A stretch of 64,000 nt of DNA from positions 13,239,791 through 13,303,790 of the forward strand of contig NC_069004.1 in the NCBI RefSeq assembly GCF_001194135.2, read 5' to 3'. The notes under the pieces are model-generated. The model saw nothing but the letters and a program-made list of their open reading frames with translations, had not been told where the DNA came from and did no database searches. This document shows, piece by piece, positions 40,745 to 52,834 of this stretch. Source of the DNA: Octopus bimaculoides (taxonomy: Eukaryota). The position numbers and the translations under genes are program-made. Numbering within the stretch: the first letter of the stretch is position 1; the number at the start of each line of letters is the position of its first letter.

Positions 40745-40960
40745 TGGCACTGCTACATGTGGTGAGAAACTGTGAGATCATTGTAAAAAGATGTGAGAGT
40801 GTTACACATGGTGAAAAACTGAGGCCATCATAGTAAGATGGTGAAACAGCTACATGTAGTGAGAAACTAAGATCGTACTAAAGAGATGCAAGAATGCTAC
40901 ATGTGGCAGGAGACCCATAAAATCGTGGCAAGAAGCTGTGAAACTGCTACAAGTGGCTAG
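40745..40960. repeat. Degenerate tandem repeat, unit about 47 bp, about 5 copies
   Basis: Recurring gctacatgtggtgagaaact..gatc.t..taagatg, with an outlying unit at about 40565-40610. Confidence 0.65.
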
Positions 40961-42779
40961 GAAATGCTTGTGTGGCCACTGCAACACTTATCAACTTGGA
41001 AATAAAATTTAAAAAAATTTAAATGAAGTAACAACAAAATGATAACAGTATTTCAAAAACTTTGTAAATATTTTACTTTATTTCTGGAAGAAATATTTTC
41101 TTTATATTTTATATACATATCGTTCAAGAAATATGCTGTCCCATAATTTTTCTACCCTTCTTTCCATTATCATTAATATTATCATTATTATATCATTGTA
41201 ATATTTGTATCTGGATCTGGTGGCCATGTGTTTGGAGCTCTAAGTTTTCCTTAAAATTTGTCTTATTGTTTGCTTTTCCAAATTTTGTTGAACTGTTGAG
41301 TACATAACCCTGCTCACGGTAAGCAGCACTAGCTGGGGTGTCGAGAACTTGCCCTTTAAGGGCAAATTTTGAGTTTAAAAAAAAAAAAACTTTATATTCT
41401 AAAAATAAAAATTCAATATGGTTTTCCAAATTGAGGGGACTGACAGTTCTTGGAACAGCCATTTTGACATTTTGTTCCCTCCACTAATTAATGTGGTTGA
41501 GAGGCAGAGCAAAGACAGCAGCAATGACCAAGATAAATTTGGAAATGATGCAAGTATGACATCCAGTACCATATGAAACACTTATAAAATTAGTAAAGCA
41601 ACAATGAGAGTTGCTTTTTCTAAGCTGAAACACAGTGAGTTCAGACAGATATGTAGAAAGACAGAAGAGGTAGAGATATCAGAAAAGGAATTGGTAAGAG
41701 CTAAAATGCACCTAACCAGGACTGGCAGAACAGTCCACCTTAAAACATCAGAAGAGTAAGAAGTAACAAGAAGACAAACAATCTTATACAGATGTATATC
41801 TGCAAAGGCAAGAAGGCTAGAAAGAGCTGCAAAAACAGCAATTATAGCAGCAGCAGCAATCACAATAGAGAATTCACCAACATCTATGGCTTTCACATAC
41901 CAGACAACAGTAAAAAGCTCCACAAGGCATGTCTCTTCCATGTTCAGAGCAGTCAGACAATTCCTGCAGTGAGAGAGATGATGAAGAGCCCAAATGGCAA
42001 AATGTCAGCAGGTTTCACAAAAGAGAAAGAAAAACACACCAACATCAATACAAAAATCTGGCAGGTATGGTCAGAGTGGGGAGACACCTTTGGGGACAAT
42101 ACACAAATACTAACCCCCAACAGCAGCCACACCAATACCACCAACATCATACCCATCGCCACCACCACTACCACCATCACAACCCAATTCACACATCTCA
42201 ATTTCAACAAAACTCTAACATTATGAACTACACAGCAATAAACATGAACAATAAAGAACTGATGGAACACTTATATAGGGGAAAGGTACCTATGTTGGGC
42301 CAGTGCTGATATTGGGTGTGTGTCCCTCCTCCCCTCGCCTATAGGTATTTCCACAAATTCCCGGCCTAGCAGTGCTATCAAGGTGCAATGCCGGTTCAGC
42401 ATGAATTCTACAGGCATTGAAGTGCAAACAGCCAGGCGTGCCTGAGATGCATGTGAAGGAACAAATCTGTTCTGCACATCCTTGTGCCGTGCCTGAGCAT
42501 TGTTGACTTGTGGGTTTATGTTGAACACCTGCTGTCATGTGTAGGATGAATCTGGCTATTGGCCGAGTCCATTGTGAAGATCACCTGCTGCCTTCCTTTG
42601 GCCGTGAAGGGCTGGCAGTGTTTCTTTGTCTGATGGCCTAAGTGAAAGAGGTTGTGGGGGTGGGCCAAGTTGGAAGGGCTGAAGACAAACACTTTGGCCA
42701 AACCCTCATCAACTTTTTCAAGTTCCACTTGAAAATAAAGTGAGGGTACAGAAGGGAAGTGCTGCCTCCCACTAGATCA

Positions 42780-44700
42780 GAGCATCACAAACAAAAATAT
42801 AAATGGAAAGGAACGTGGAGCAAACCTAAAAACTGGAAACAATGAATTCAGAAACCACGATTATGATACTTTAAAAATGTGTGTAATCAAAGAAAAGAAC
42901 TCAGCATTGACCACTGACTGTACCTCCCCCAAAAAATAGACAGCAAAAACAATGAAAAACAAATATGGTCATCGCAAATGCAACAGAAGCAAATGTCGTT
43001 ATGACCAGACTAAATGAAACAATATATGTGACAGCCTCTGTAGCCTCAAAGGAAAGTGGATAATCCCTCAAATCCATCCAAATAGGAGTATCACAACCTG
43101 AACAGATGGTATGGAAAACTAATATCTAGAAAAAAAAAATAATAAAATAAAAGGATTTGTCAATCTTTAATTAACCAAAGTAACCAGACAACACTACTAA
43201 GTAACAAGAAAGAAAAATAATACTACAGAAATATAAAATAACAAGAAACTCTGCCAAATCAGATTGGAGCCTGGTGTAGCCATCTGGTTTCACCAGTCCT
43301 CAGTCAAATTGTCTAACCCATGCTAGCATGGAAAGTGGACGTTAAAATGGTAACATGAAGCACCTTGTTGATGCTTCATGTTACCATCCCATGCACTGCC
43401 GGACCAGTTGGGTAAAAGCACAACAAACCCATTCTTCTATTCTCCAGGATGCTTCACGCTTTCAATCCTGCGCAATGCAGCATGGCCTAGCAGCATGTCT
43501 GCTTTCTATATCATCCATGTCTGAATTATATAATGCAAAATGTTCATACAAAAAAACAAACTGCTAACTGTTGTGACTCACAGCCATTTGAGTTTGACCA
43601 TGTGACCACTTCTGGGAGCTACGCTTGCCACCTGCAATTAGTCTCCCTCTGATTAGGAAGGGCATCCAGCCAAAGAAACCATGCCAAAATCAGACAACTG
43701 GAGCATGGACAGCTGACCAGCTCCTGTCAAACCATCCAACCCAACCCAGCATGGAAAATGGATGTATGATGGTGATGATGCCATGAATAAATGGCAAACA
43801 GTTCTACAGCTACAGACATAAGAAGGAATCATAAAACTAAAGCCATTTCCATTAGAAGAGGAATATTCAAAGAAGACTCACTCACTCCACCTTCTTTTCT
43901 GTCTGGAACTGACACCTTTAACTAACATGCTAGACAGAACAGGATGTGGATACAACTGCTATGGTAAAACAATCAACCAACTCTTGTATACGGATGATCT
44001 AAAACTGTATGTTGTAAATGACAAACAACTGAAAACATTATCACAGACAGAATATAGATTTACCAAACAAATAAATATTAAATTCAGCTTAGAAAAATGT
44101 ACCAAAGCAACCTTGTAAAGAGGAAATCTAGTTAAGAGTAACAATATCACACTAGGTAAAGAAAATGAAATAAGAGAACTAGACCAAACTCAGACATACA
44201 AATACTAAGGAACCAATGAACTAGATATGGTACAACACACAAATGAAAGAGAAGATAAGGAAGAAATACTATAGACAAGTTAGATTAATACTTAAAATAG
44301 AGTACAATGTGAAAAACAAGGTAATAGGCATCAATATTCTAGCTGTCCCAGTTATAAATTACAGTTATAATATTCTTAACTGGATACTAAATGAATTAAC
44401 CAAACTAGACAAGAAAATAAGAAAAGAAAAATGACAGAATTTAAAATATGCCACCTAAAATCTGACATAGAAAGGTTATATATACAATGAATTGAAGGTA
44501 GAAAAACTACTATAAAATATCCACCATAGGATTACAGAAATATCTAACTCAGAACCAAGGAAAACTGGTACAAAAAGCTGCAAAGCATGAGCAAAACAGA
44601 AACTTTTTTCTGCTTTCAAGGAAGCCAAAAAATACAAGAAGGAGGCCATAGAACCTGACAACTACGGAAAAAAAGAGCAAACAACAAAAGCTGTAAACAA
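42780..44700 (+). mobile_element. Degenerate R4/Dong-like non-LTR retrotransposon (N-terminal region plus RT), interrupted by SINEs
   Basis: RT motifs with frameshifts and stops: RRGIFKEDSLTP (cf. GIFQGDSLSP), LLYTDDLKLY, FSLEKCTK, TYKY, MKEKIRKKYYRQVRLILK..NKVIGINILAVPVINYS..W..ELTKLDKKIRK. N-terminal remnants such as RLNETIYVTA and VWKTNI..KDLS. SINE fragments occupy about 43240-43785. Confidence 0.75.
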
Positions 44701-45385
44701 ATAGAAAGATTTAATTTATCGACCCTGAAAGGATGAAAGGCAAAGTTGACATGGTGGAATTTGAACTTAGACTGTGAAGACAGACAAAATACCGCTAAAC
44801 ATCTCACCTAGCAAGCTAATAATTCTGCCAGCTCGCTTCCTTAATAATAATAATAATAATAATAATGATGATGATGATGATTTCAAATTTTTTGCACAAG
44901 GCCAGGAGATTCAGGGGAGGGAGCAAGTTGATGATATTGACCCCAATGTTCAAGTGGTACATATTCTGCCCACTCACCACCTTAATAATAATAATAATAA
45001 TAATAATACCAACCCCAGTACTCAACTGGTACTTATTTTATCGACCCCCAAAACACGAAAGGTAAAGTTGACCCTGGTGAATTTTGAACTCAGAACGTAA
45101 AGACAGACAAAATGCCTGGCTTGCTAACGATTCTACCAGCCTGCCACCATATTAATAATAATAACAATCCTTTCTACTATAGGTATAAGGCTTGGAATTC
45201 TCAGAGATAGGGCTAGTTGATTACATTAACACCAGTACTTAACTGGTACTTATTTTATAGACCCCAAAAAGATGAAAGGTAAAGTTGACCTCGGCAGAAT
45301 TCGAACTCAGAAATACCGTAACAGACGAAATAGCGCTAAGCATTTTGCCTGGTGTGCTGATGATTCTGCTACCTCGCTGCCTTAA
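44700..45385 (-). mobile_element. Array of 3 SINE family B copies
   Basis: Same unit as 30920-32125 on the minus strand, separated by (TAA)n. Confidence 0.8.
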
Positions 45386-45572
45386 TAATAAATAATGGTA
45401 ATAATATTTACACAGACCATTGGATTTTTTAAAGAAATGAATAACATGATGATGATGATGATAGTAATATCAATGATGGTAAAATGGAACAGAAAGAATG
45501 TAGTGATCAGTCCACTGCACTTTGCCCTGGGGGGGGGGGTCATCACACCACCATCACCAGCACCACTGTTTC

Positions 45573-45734
45573 TCAAACATTCATACAATAGCAATATTTT
45601 CGAAGATCTGGGAATTTCTCGCTGATACAGTTTGGTTGATCGCCATATTTGTTGAGACGGCTGATTTCAGGGAAAACTTGGAAATTTTGGGTTTCAAGGT
45701 TGACCTTTACGCTGGCTTCATAAAGGCCATTGTT
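45573..45734 (-). CDS. DUF229-family protein, terminal exon (visible part; 5' end lies in gap 45735-46153)
   Basis: Manual translation: NNGLYEASVKVNLETQNFQVFPEISRLNKYGDQPNCISEKFPDLRKYCYCMNV* (TGA at 45575-45573). It matches the characteristic DUF229 C-terminus (G.FEA.V...ISR.N.YG.Q..C....LRKYCYC). Not listed in the ORF track. Confidence 0.9.
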   Translation of the reverse strand, partial: NNGLYEASVKVNLETQNFQVFPEISRLNKYGDQPNCISEKFPDLRKYCYCMNV

Positions 45735-46153
45735 NNNNNNNNNNNNNNNNNNNNNNNNNNNNNNNNNNNNNNNNNNNNNNNNNNNNNNNNNNNNNNNNNN
45801 NNNNNNNNNNNNNNNNNNNNNNNNNNNNNNNNNNNNNNNNNNNNNNNNNNNNNNNNNNNNNNNNNNNNNNNNNNNNNNNNNNNNNNNNNNNNNNNNNNNN
45901 NNNNNNNNNNNNNNNNNNNNNNNNNNNNNNNNNNNNNNNNNNNNNNNNNNNNNNNNNNNNNNNNNNNNNNNNNNNNNNNNNNNNNNNNNNNNNNNNNNNN
46001 NNNNNNNNNNNNNNNNNNNNNNNNNNNNNNNNNNNNNNNNNNNNNNNNNNNNNNNNNNNNNNNNNNNNNNNNNNNNNNNNNNNNNNNNNNNNNNNNNNNN
46101 NNNNNNNNNNNNNNNNNNNNNNNNNNNNNNNNNNNNNNNNNNNNNNNNNNNNN
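45735..46153. other. Assembly gap, probably hiding the start of the DUF229 terminal exon
   Basis: N-run directly abutting the in-frame NNGLYEA codons. Other gaps: 2968-3090, 11417-11426, 12778-12968, 15475-15667, 17949-18073, 19110-19538, 26327-26336, 26568-27375, 35948-35957, 47962-48675, 56738-56747, 57677-57690, 59181-59195. Confidence 0.9.
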
Positions 46154-46564
46154 CTTGAAATAGAAATTAGCAAAATGTGGAATCTGAAGACGAAAACAAT
46201 ACCTATTGTTAAAGGTGCCCTGGGAATGACAGCGAAACGGGCTGATTACTACCTAGCTCAGATACCAGGAAACCCCAAAATGGCTGAAGTTCAAAAGATA
46301 GTGCTCATGGGAACTGCCCATATCCTACGTAAAATACTGTCTATGTGATCTCAAATTTTAAAACAAACACATAATTTTCTTATGGTTTCTTAAACATTCT
46401 CTAGAACAACACTGTACAAATCCAAATATATGGTACCCTAGGCATAACACCTACATGAACTTCTAACTTGTCTCTTGAGGTCTCTGGGTGAGACTTGGAT
46501 CCAACTTGTACAAATGCAAAGCAAAAGTTAAACATAAAATAATAATAACAATAATAATAATAGT
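46154..46564 (+). mobile_element. 3' end of an R4/Dong-like non-LTR retrotransposon (RLE C-terminus, 3' UTR, (TAA)n tail)
   Basis: 46154-46348 translates without stops as LEIEISKMWNLKTKTIPIVKGALGMTAKRADYYLAQIPGNPKMAEVQKIVLMGTAHILRKILSM*, the typical restriction-like endonuclease tail. It is followed by about 200 nt of UTR ending in TAA repeats. The 5' part is in a gap. Confidence 0.8.
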
Positions 46565-46569
46565 TAATA

Positions 46570-47290
46570 ATAATACAAGTAATGGTTTCAAATTTTGGCA
46601 CAAGGCCAGCAAGTTTGGGGATGGGGCTAGTTGATTACATCAACCCCAGTGCTCAACTGGTACTTACTTTATCAACCCTTGAAAGGATGAAAGACAAAGT
46701 CAACCTCAGAGGAATTTGAACTCAGAACATAAGGACAGAGAAAATCCTGTTAAGCATTTTGCCCGGCATGCTAACAATTCTGCCAACTTGCTGCCTTAAA
46801 TAATAATGGTTTCAAATTTTGACACAAGGCCAGCAATTTTTGGTGTAGGTAGTAGGTTGATTACATCAACCCCAGTGCTCAACAGATACTTATTTTATCA
46901 ACCCCTAAAGAGGATGAAAGGCAAAGCCGATCTCAAAAGAATCCGAACACAGAACATAAAGATGGATGAAATGCCACTAAGCATTTTTCCCAGCATGCTA
47001 ATGATTCTGCCAGCTCACAGTTAATGATAATAATAATAATAATAATAACAACAACAACAATAGTGTCAAAATTTGGCACAAGGCAGCAAGTTCGGGGGGG
47101 GGGGGACTAAGTTGATTAAATCAACCCCAATGCTCAACTGGTACTTATTTTATTGACCCTGAAAGGATGAAAGACAAAGTCGACCTCAGTGGAGTTTGAA
47201 CTCAGAAAGTAAAAATGGATGAATACCATCAGGACGAAATACTGCTCAGCATTTTGCCTGGAGTGCAAACAATTCTGCCAGTTTATCACC
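46570..47290 (-). mobile_element. Array of 3 SINE family B copies (DUF229 last intron)
   Basis: Same unit with (TAA)n spacers and CpG sites largely decayed. Confidence 0.8.
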
Positions 47291-47666
47291 TTTAGAGTAA
47301 TATTGTCTTTTAAACAAGTAGGACTTGCTACCAACATACCATCATACCTTTTACTAATATTTTAGCTGCTATTTACTCACAACTTGATACAGGTATCCCT
47401 TATGACCTTTCCACACTTGACCCTGCATTCAAGACATGACAAGTGGAAGGTAAAGAGGTACTTTTCTGGTGTTTTATCAATGCTTGGAGGAAGAAAAGTA
47501 ATGGGATCTCAATGGTATTTGAACTAAGAATGTAAAGAACTAAAACAAACCACCAGGCACAAGGCTTGCAATTTGCGGAGATGATACAAACAATTCTGTT
47601 AATTACCATCCTTCCCCGATCATCATCATTTAACATCTTTTTTTTTCTTCTTGCTAGAATGGGTTG

Positions 47667-47961
47667 TGGAGGCGCAATGGCCCAGTGGTTAGAGCAGCGG
47701 ACTCGCAGTCATAGGATCGCGGTTTCGATTCCCAGACCGGGCGTTGTGAGTGTTTATTGAGCGAAAACACCTAAAAGCTCCACGAGGGTTCGGCAGGGGA
47801 TGGTGTCGAACCCTGCTGTACTCTTTCACCACAACTTTCTCTCACTCTTACTTCCTGTTTCTGTTGTACCTGTAATTCAAAGGGTCAGCCTTGTCACACT
47901 GTGTCACGCTGAATATTCCCGAGAACTACGTTAAGGGTACACGTGTCTGTGGAGTGCTCAG
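47667..47961 (+). mobile_element. tRNA-derived SINE family C, young copy running into a gap
   Basis: Head ggaggcgcaatggcccagtggttagagcagcggactcgcagtcataggatcgcggtttcgattccc with A and B boxes. Homologous to 37975-38333. Confidence 0.85.
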
Positions 47962-48994
47962 NNNNNNNNNNNNNNNNNNNNNNNNNNNNNNNNNNNNNNN
48001 NNNNNNNNNNNNNNNNNNNNNNNNNNNNNNNNNNNNNNNNNNNNNNNNNNNNNNNNNNNNNNNNNNNNNNNNNNNNNNNNNNNNNNNNNNNNNNNNNNNN
48101 NNNNNNNNNNNNNNNNNNNNNNNNNNNNNNNNNNNNNNNNNNNNNNNNNNNNNNNNNNNNNNNNNNNNNNNNNNNNNNNNNNNNNNNNNNNNNNNNNNNN
48201 NNNNNNNNNNNNNNNNNNNNNNNNNNNNNNNNNNNNNNNNNNNNNNNNNNNNNNNNNNNNNNNNNNNNNNNNNNNNNNNNNNNNNNNNNNNNNNNNNNNN
48301 NNNNNNNNNNNNNNNNNNNNNNNNNNNNNNNNNNNNNNNNNNNNNNNNNNNNNNNNNNNNNNNNNNNNNNNNNNNNNNNNNNNNNNNNNNNNNNNNNNNN
48401 NNNNNNNNNNNNNNNNNNNNNNNNNNNNNNNNNNNNNNNNNNNNNNNNNNNNNNNNNNNNNNNNNNNNNNNNNNNNNNNNNNNNNNNNNNNNNNNNNNNN
48501 NNNNNNNNNNNNNNNNNNNNNNNNNNNNNNNNNNNNNNNNNNNNNNNNNNNNNNNNNNNNNNNNNNNNNNNNNNNNNNNNNNNNNNNNNNNNNNNNNNNN
48601 NNNNNNNNNNNNNNNNNNNNNNNNNNNNNNNNNNNNNNNNNNNNNNNNNNNNNNNNNNNNNNNNNNNNNNNNNNNAAAAACAGTTCTGTGTTCTGTGTGT
48701 ATCAAAAATATCGCTATCAATCTGGAGTAATAATTTGTAGTTTTGAAATCAGTAGTTCTTTGACTGCTATTTCTGAATTCTCAGTATGTTGGAGAAGCAG
48801 GTTACTGTCAATCCCTATATATTTATGATTATAAATGTTTTTTACCGAAAAGGTTTTTTCATACTGAGCTACCCGGCAAAATTGTTAATTATTAATTTTA
48901 TTACTAATTGACGATTCCCTGCCCTGCATATATATATACTTTTGTTATTTACACCACCTGTCCTCGTCTGTTGTTATTATTTGTATATTCTCCC

Positions 48995-49027
<33 letters not shown>

Positions 49028-50411
49028 TAAACAGGATGGTCATAATCAGAATACATTTGATCATAGATCTGTTGAATCAAGATCGATTAAGAAGTTAAAC
49101 AACAAGAGAGCCTGTATGTAGTTGCCTGCTAGAAATGACAGCAGACAAGTCTGCTGCAAATCTCATTCTTACTGTCTAAAATGAAAGAGGCAGATGACAA
49201 TGGACAATGTAGTAATTCCTGATATACTAAAAGACAGGATAGTCATCATTGGAATGCCCTTAACCAGAGGTCTGTTTGCCCAGAGCTAAGTAAGACAGCT
49301 ATCTGCTGCTCCATAAACTGTTTCTCAAGAACTAAAAATCATTAAAAGGCAAGTAAATAAACTAGATGTGTTGATTTAATCAATTCTGAAATATATATTT
49401 TGCCTTTGCTTAGTCAGTTGCATTGATTTTTTCTGTTTGTTTTTTTCCTTTTGTACTTAAAAACGCATCATTGTAACTGTAAAGATTTTGAAGTGTTCAG
49501 AATTAACAAAGATCAATACTGGAACAGATAATCAATACAAAGACATACATCAAAGGTAAGAAAACAAAATTATTTCTCTTTTTTAAATTTAAATGTTTTA
49601 AATGTTTATATAAATGTTTTAAAAATTTATGAAAAAAAAAATTTTTTTTAACTGTAAAAATAAAACAGTATAATCTATTACAATGAACTAACAGACTGAA
49701 TATTTTTACAGAAAGGAGGGAGAAAGAGAGAGAGTTTAGTTGACTGAATCAACCTAGTGTATTTCTAAATCTTTTAATACCTGAGGAGGCAAACTAAATA
49801 GTAATAATAATAATAATAATAATAGTAATAATAATAATAATAATGATACAGTATTTAATTTTGCTACTTGTCAGGGATATTAGCTGCATGTAACTGGGCA
49901 TCCTATCTCAAGAAAGATATATCTCCTATTCTGCTTTGCACAAACTGAATCTGAAGGAACAAGTTTTGGTTTTATATTTCATCAGGATACCACATGTTAA
50001 AGTTTATGATACACTGTTTAACATGGAGATATTTGCTACACCCTATTTCACCACCTCTATGTGCACCTACCACCTGCCCATTATAAAAAACAAAACACAG
50101 TTTTTTATTAGTTCGGGACACCGTTTGCCTGAAAATCAAAAGTAGGAGTTAACATATTTAATGTAGAGAAAACAAATCTAACTATGGTGAGAAGAAAGCA
50201 TTTTCTCAATGCATAATAGCATATAATCATTTTCAAAAGTAGGAGAGACAACACTGAACATGTGTTGGTTTTATTAGATCTCTTCAGGAGTATTGATTTC
50301 ACTGTACTTGCTTATGTTTTAGATTTTTTCTCTGCATAAAATATGTTTACACCTAACTGTAAAGTACAAACAAGTTTCTAAGGAGATATATTTAAATGTT
50401 ACAGTACAAAC

Positions 50412-51355
50412 CTTCTCATTCGGAGATACTAGATAGACAGAGAATATTTTTTTCAGTGAAAGTTGACCACACAAGTGTTTCACAGGCAACAGAAGTGTCC
50501 TAATGTAGGACATAACTTTCTGCATTGATGAATGTACAAGCTGAGTAGAAGGATCAACAGGGTATCTTGACAGGCAGCTACACCAGTGCATAGCAATGCC
50601 AGCAGATTTGCATGTTCGATTAAGTGGGATTGGCTGCAAGAGACTGAGACCACGAGTCGAGTAATCAACAGGTTCGAACATACGAGTAGAGTCGAGTATG
50701 TCCAGCATTGTCTCATGCACGTCAAATGGTGTCACTAGTCTCTCCTGATTGCTCTTCAGATTCTTCATAAAATACGAGTATTTCAACTGAAACCACTTGG
50801 GGAACACGAATGACATGAAAGGCAGGCGTTCTTCCAGCTTGCCTTGGACTGTGTTGCGTACACTGCCATATCTTGCCCCATGATCACTCATAACTATCAA
50901 CAAGGTGTTGTTTAAGTAGTTTCCCTTCTCCATGGATTGAAAGAATGCCAGCAGGTCCTTGTCCAGGTACTGGATAGGATTGTTGTCGTTGTGAGACAGT
51001 TCTCCGTGGAAAGCAAATGCGAACTTGGATACATTAGCATACTTCTGGAAAAAGTCTTTGAGATAATCCAAAGTGAACTGATGCTTTGGTTTGGAGCCAA
51101 GACAGAAGTTGATGCTGCTTTCATCAAGCACAGATTCACTGATGGCTTGCCAGAAGGGTCGCATATAATGGTCAGTCGGTGCATTGTAGAAACCATTGAA
51201 ACGTAGATTGAATACACCAAGACTAGGGCAGTCTTCAGCAAATAACGTGACATAGCCTTTCGAACGGAACTTATTCCATACCAGAGGATAATCATCAACA
51301 AATCCTGAAGTAAGTTGGTTCTTACGGACTTCAGGTAATTCAGTTTCTGTTCTTC
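50412..51355 (-). CDS. DUF229-family protein, internal exon (944 nt, catalytic core)
   Basis: Acceptor atttttattttccag| in phase 1 joins LLT-G to RTETELPEVRK..VDDYPLVWNKF..GYVTLFAED..FNLRFNGF..PTDHYMRPFW..GELSH..LIVMSDHGARY..GKLEERLPF..RLVTPFDVHETM..GLSLLQPIPLNRTC..AGIAMHWCSC. Phase-0 donor AAG|GTTTGT after VSPNEK. The frame is continuous with the upstream exon. Confidence 0.92.
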
Positions 51356-51379
51356 CTGGAAAATAAAAATGACAATAAT

Positions 51380-52500
51380 GGGTTTGAATTTTGGCACATG
51401 GCCAGCAATTTCAGAGCAGGGGTAAATGAATTGTATTGCTCCCAGCAAAAGTCAACTTCAGCAAGATTTGAACGCAGAACATAAAGATGGGAAAAAAATG
51501 CTACTAAGCATTTTGTCTGGCATGCTAATGATTCTACCAGCTCACCACCTTAATAACAATAACAATTCTTTCCACAACAAGTTCAAGGTCTGAAATTTTA
51601 GAGGAGGGGGCTAGTCAATTACATCACCCCCAATGCTTGACTCTCACTTTATTGACCCCAAAAGGATGAAAGACAAAGCTGACCTCAGTAGCATTTGAAA
51701 TCAGAATGTAAAGATGGATCAAATGCCATTAAGCATTTTGCTTGGCATGCTAACAATTCTGTTAGCTTGTCACCTTTAATTATCTCAGATTTTGACACAA
51801 GGCCATCTACTTTTTAGGGGTGACGGGTTAATTGGTTACACTGACCCCTGTGCTCAACTGGTACTCATTTTATCGACCCTGAAAGGATGAAAGGTAAATT
51901 TAACCTTGGTAGAATTTGAACTCAGGATGTAGAAATGGATGATTGCTGCTAAGCATTTTGTCCAGTGTGCTAACAATTCTGCCAGCTAGCTACCTTAAAA
52001 ATAATAACAATAAGCCAGCGAGCTGGCAGAATCGTTAGCACACAGGACAAAATGCTTAGCGACATTTCATTCGCTTTTACATTCTGAGTTCAAATTCCGC
52101 TGAGGTTGACTTTGCCTTTCATCCTTTTGAAATCAATAAAATAAGTATCAGTTGCGCACTGGGGTCGATGTAATTGACTTTCACCCTCCTCTGAAATTGT
52201 TAGAAGAAATAAGAAATGCTACAAAGTATTTTGTCTGGTATGACAGCTAACTGCCTTAATAATAATAATAATAATAATAATAATGGTTCCAAATTTAGCC
52301 ACAAGGGCAGTAGTTTTGGGGGAGGGGATGAGTTGATTACATCAACCCAAGTATTTCACTGGTACTTATTTTATCGACCCTGAAAGGATGAAAGGTAAAG
52401 TTGACCTTCGCTGAACCTAAACTCAGAACATAGAGACAGGTGAAATACCACTAAGCGTTTCATCCAGCATACTAACGATTCTGCCAGCTCACCGCCTTAA
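51380..52500. mobile_element. Cluster of 5 SINE family B copies (-,-,-,+,-) in the DUF229 intron
   Basis: Same unit. The plus-strand copy at 52012-52200 is head-to-head with the minus copy ending at 51997. Confidence 0.8.
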
Positions 52501-52749
52501 TAATAATAATTAATTATTTTATTAGTCAGAAGGGCTCACATACAATAACATTAAAGGACAAAAACATATAAAAGCATATAAAAGACAAAAACAGGACAAT
52601 ACAGTGGGTTTACCGTGTGTAAACAAAGCATAACAATAAAAAATTAAACAAATTGAAACTTCCAATAGGGGACGTGCTTTAAGATCCACTATAGCCCCAA
52701 AACTGACCAAAGCCTTGTGAGTAGATTTGGTAGAAGGGAACTGACTGAA

Positions 52750-52834
<85 letters not shown>

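Noticed and set aside
47667-47745. tRNA gene candidates (also 10250-10320, 32450-32523, 39717-39787)
   Set aside because: A/B boxes are present but acceptor and anticodon stems are imperfect and each continues into a multicopy SINE body. These are tRNA-derived heads, not tRNA genes.
50912-51448. 178-aa minus-strand ORF and 89-aa plus-strand ORF overlapping the DUF229 exon
   Set aside because: Alternative-frame and antisense shadows of the real exon. The conserved motifs are in the other frame.
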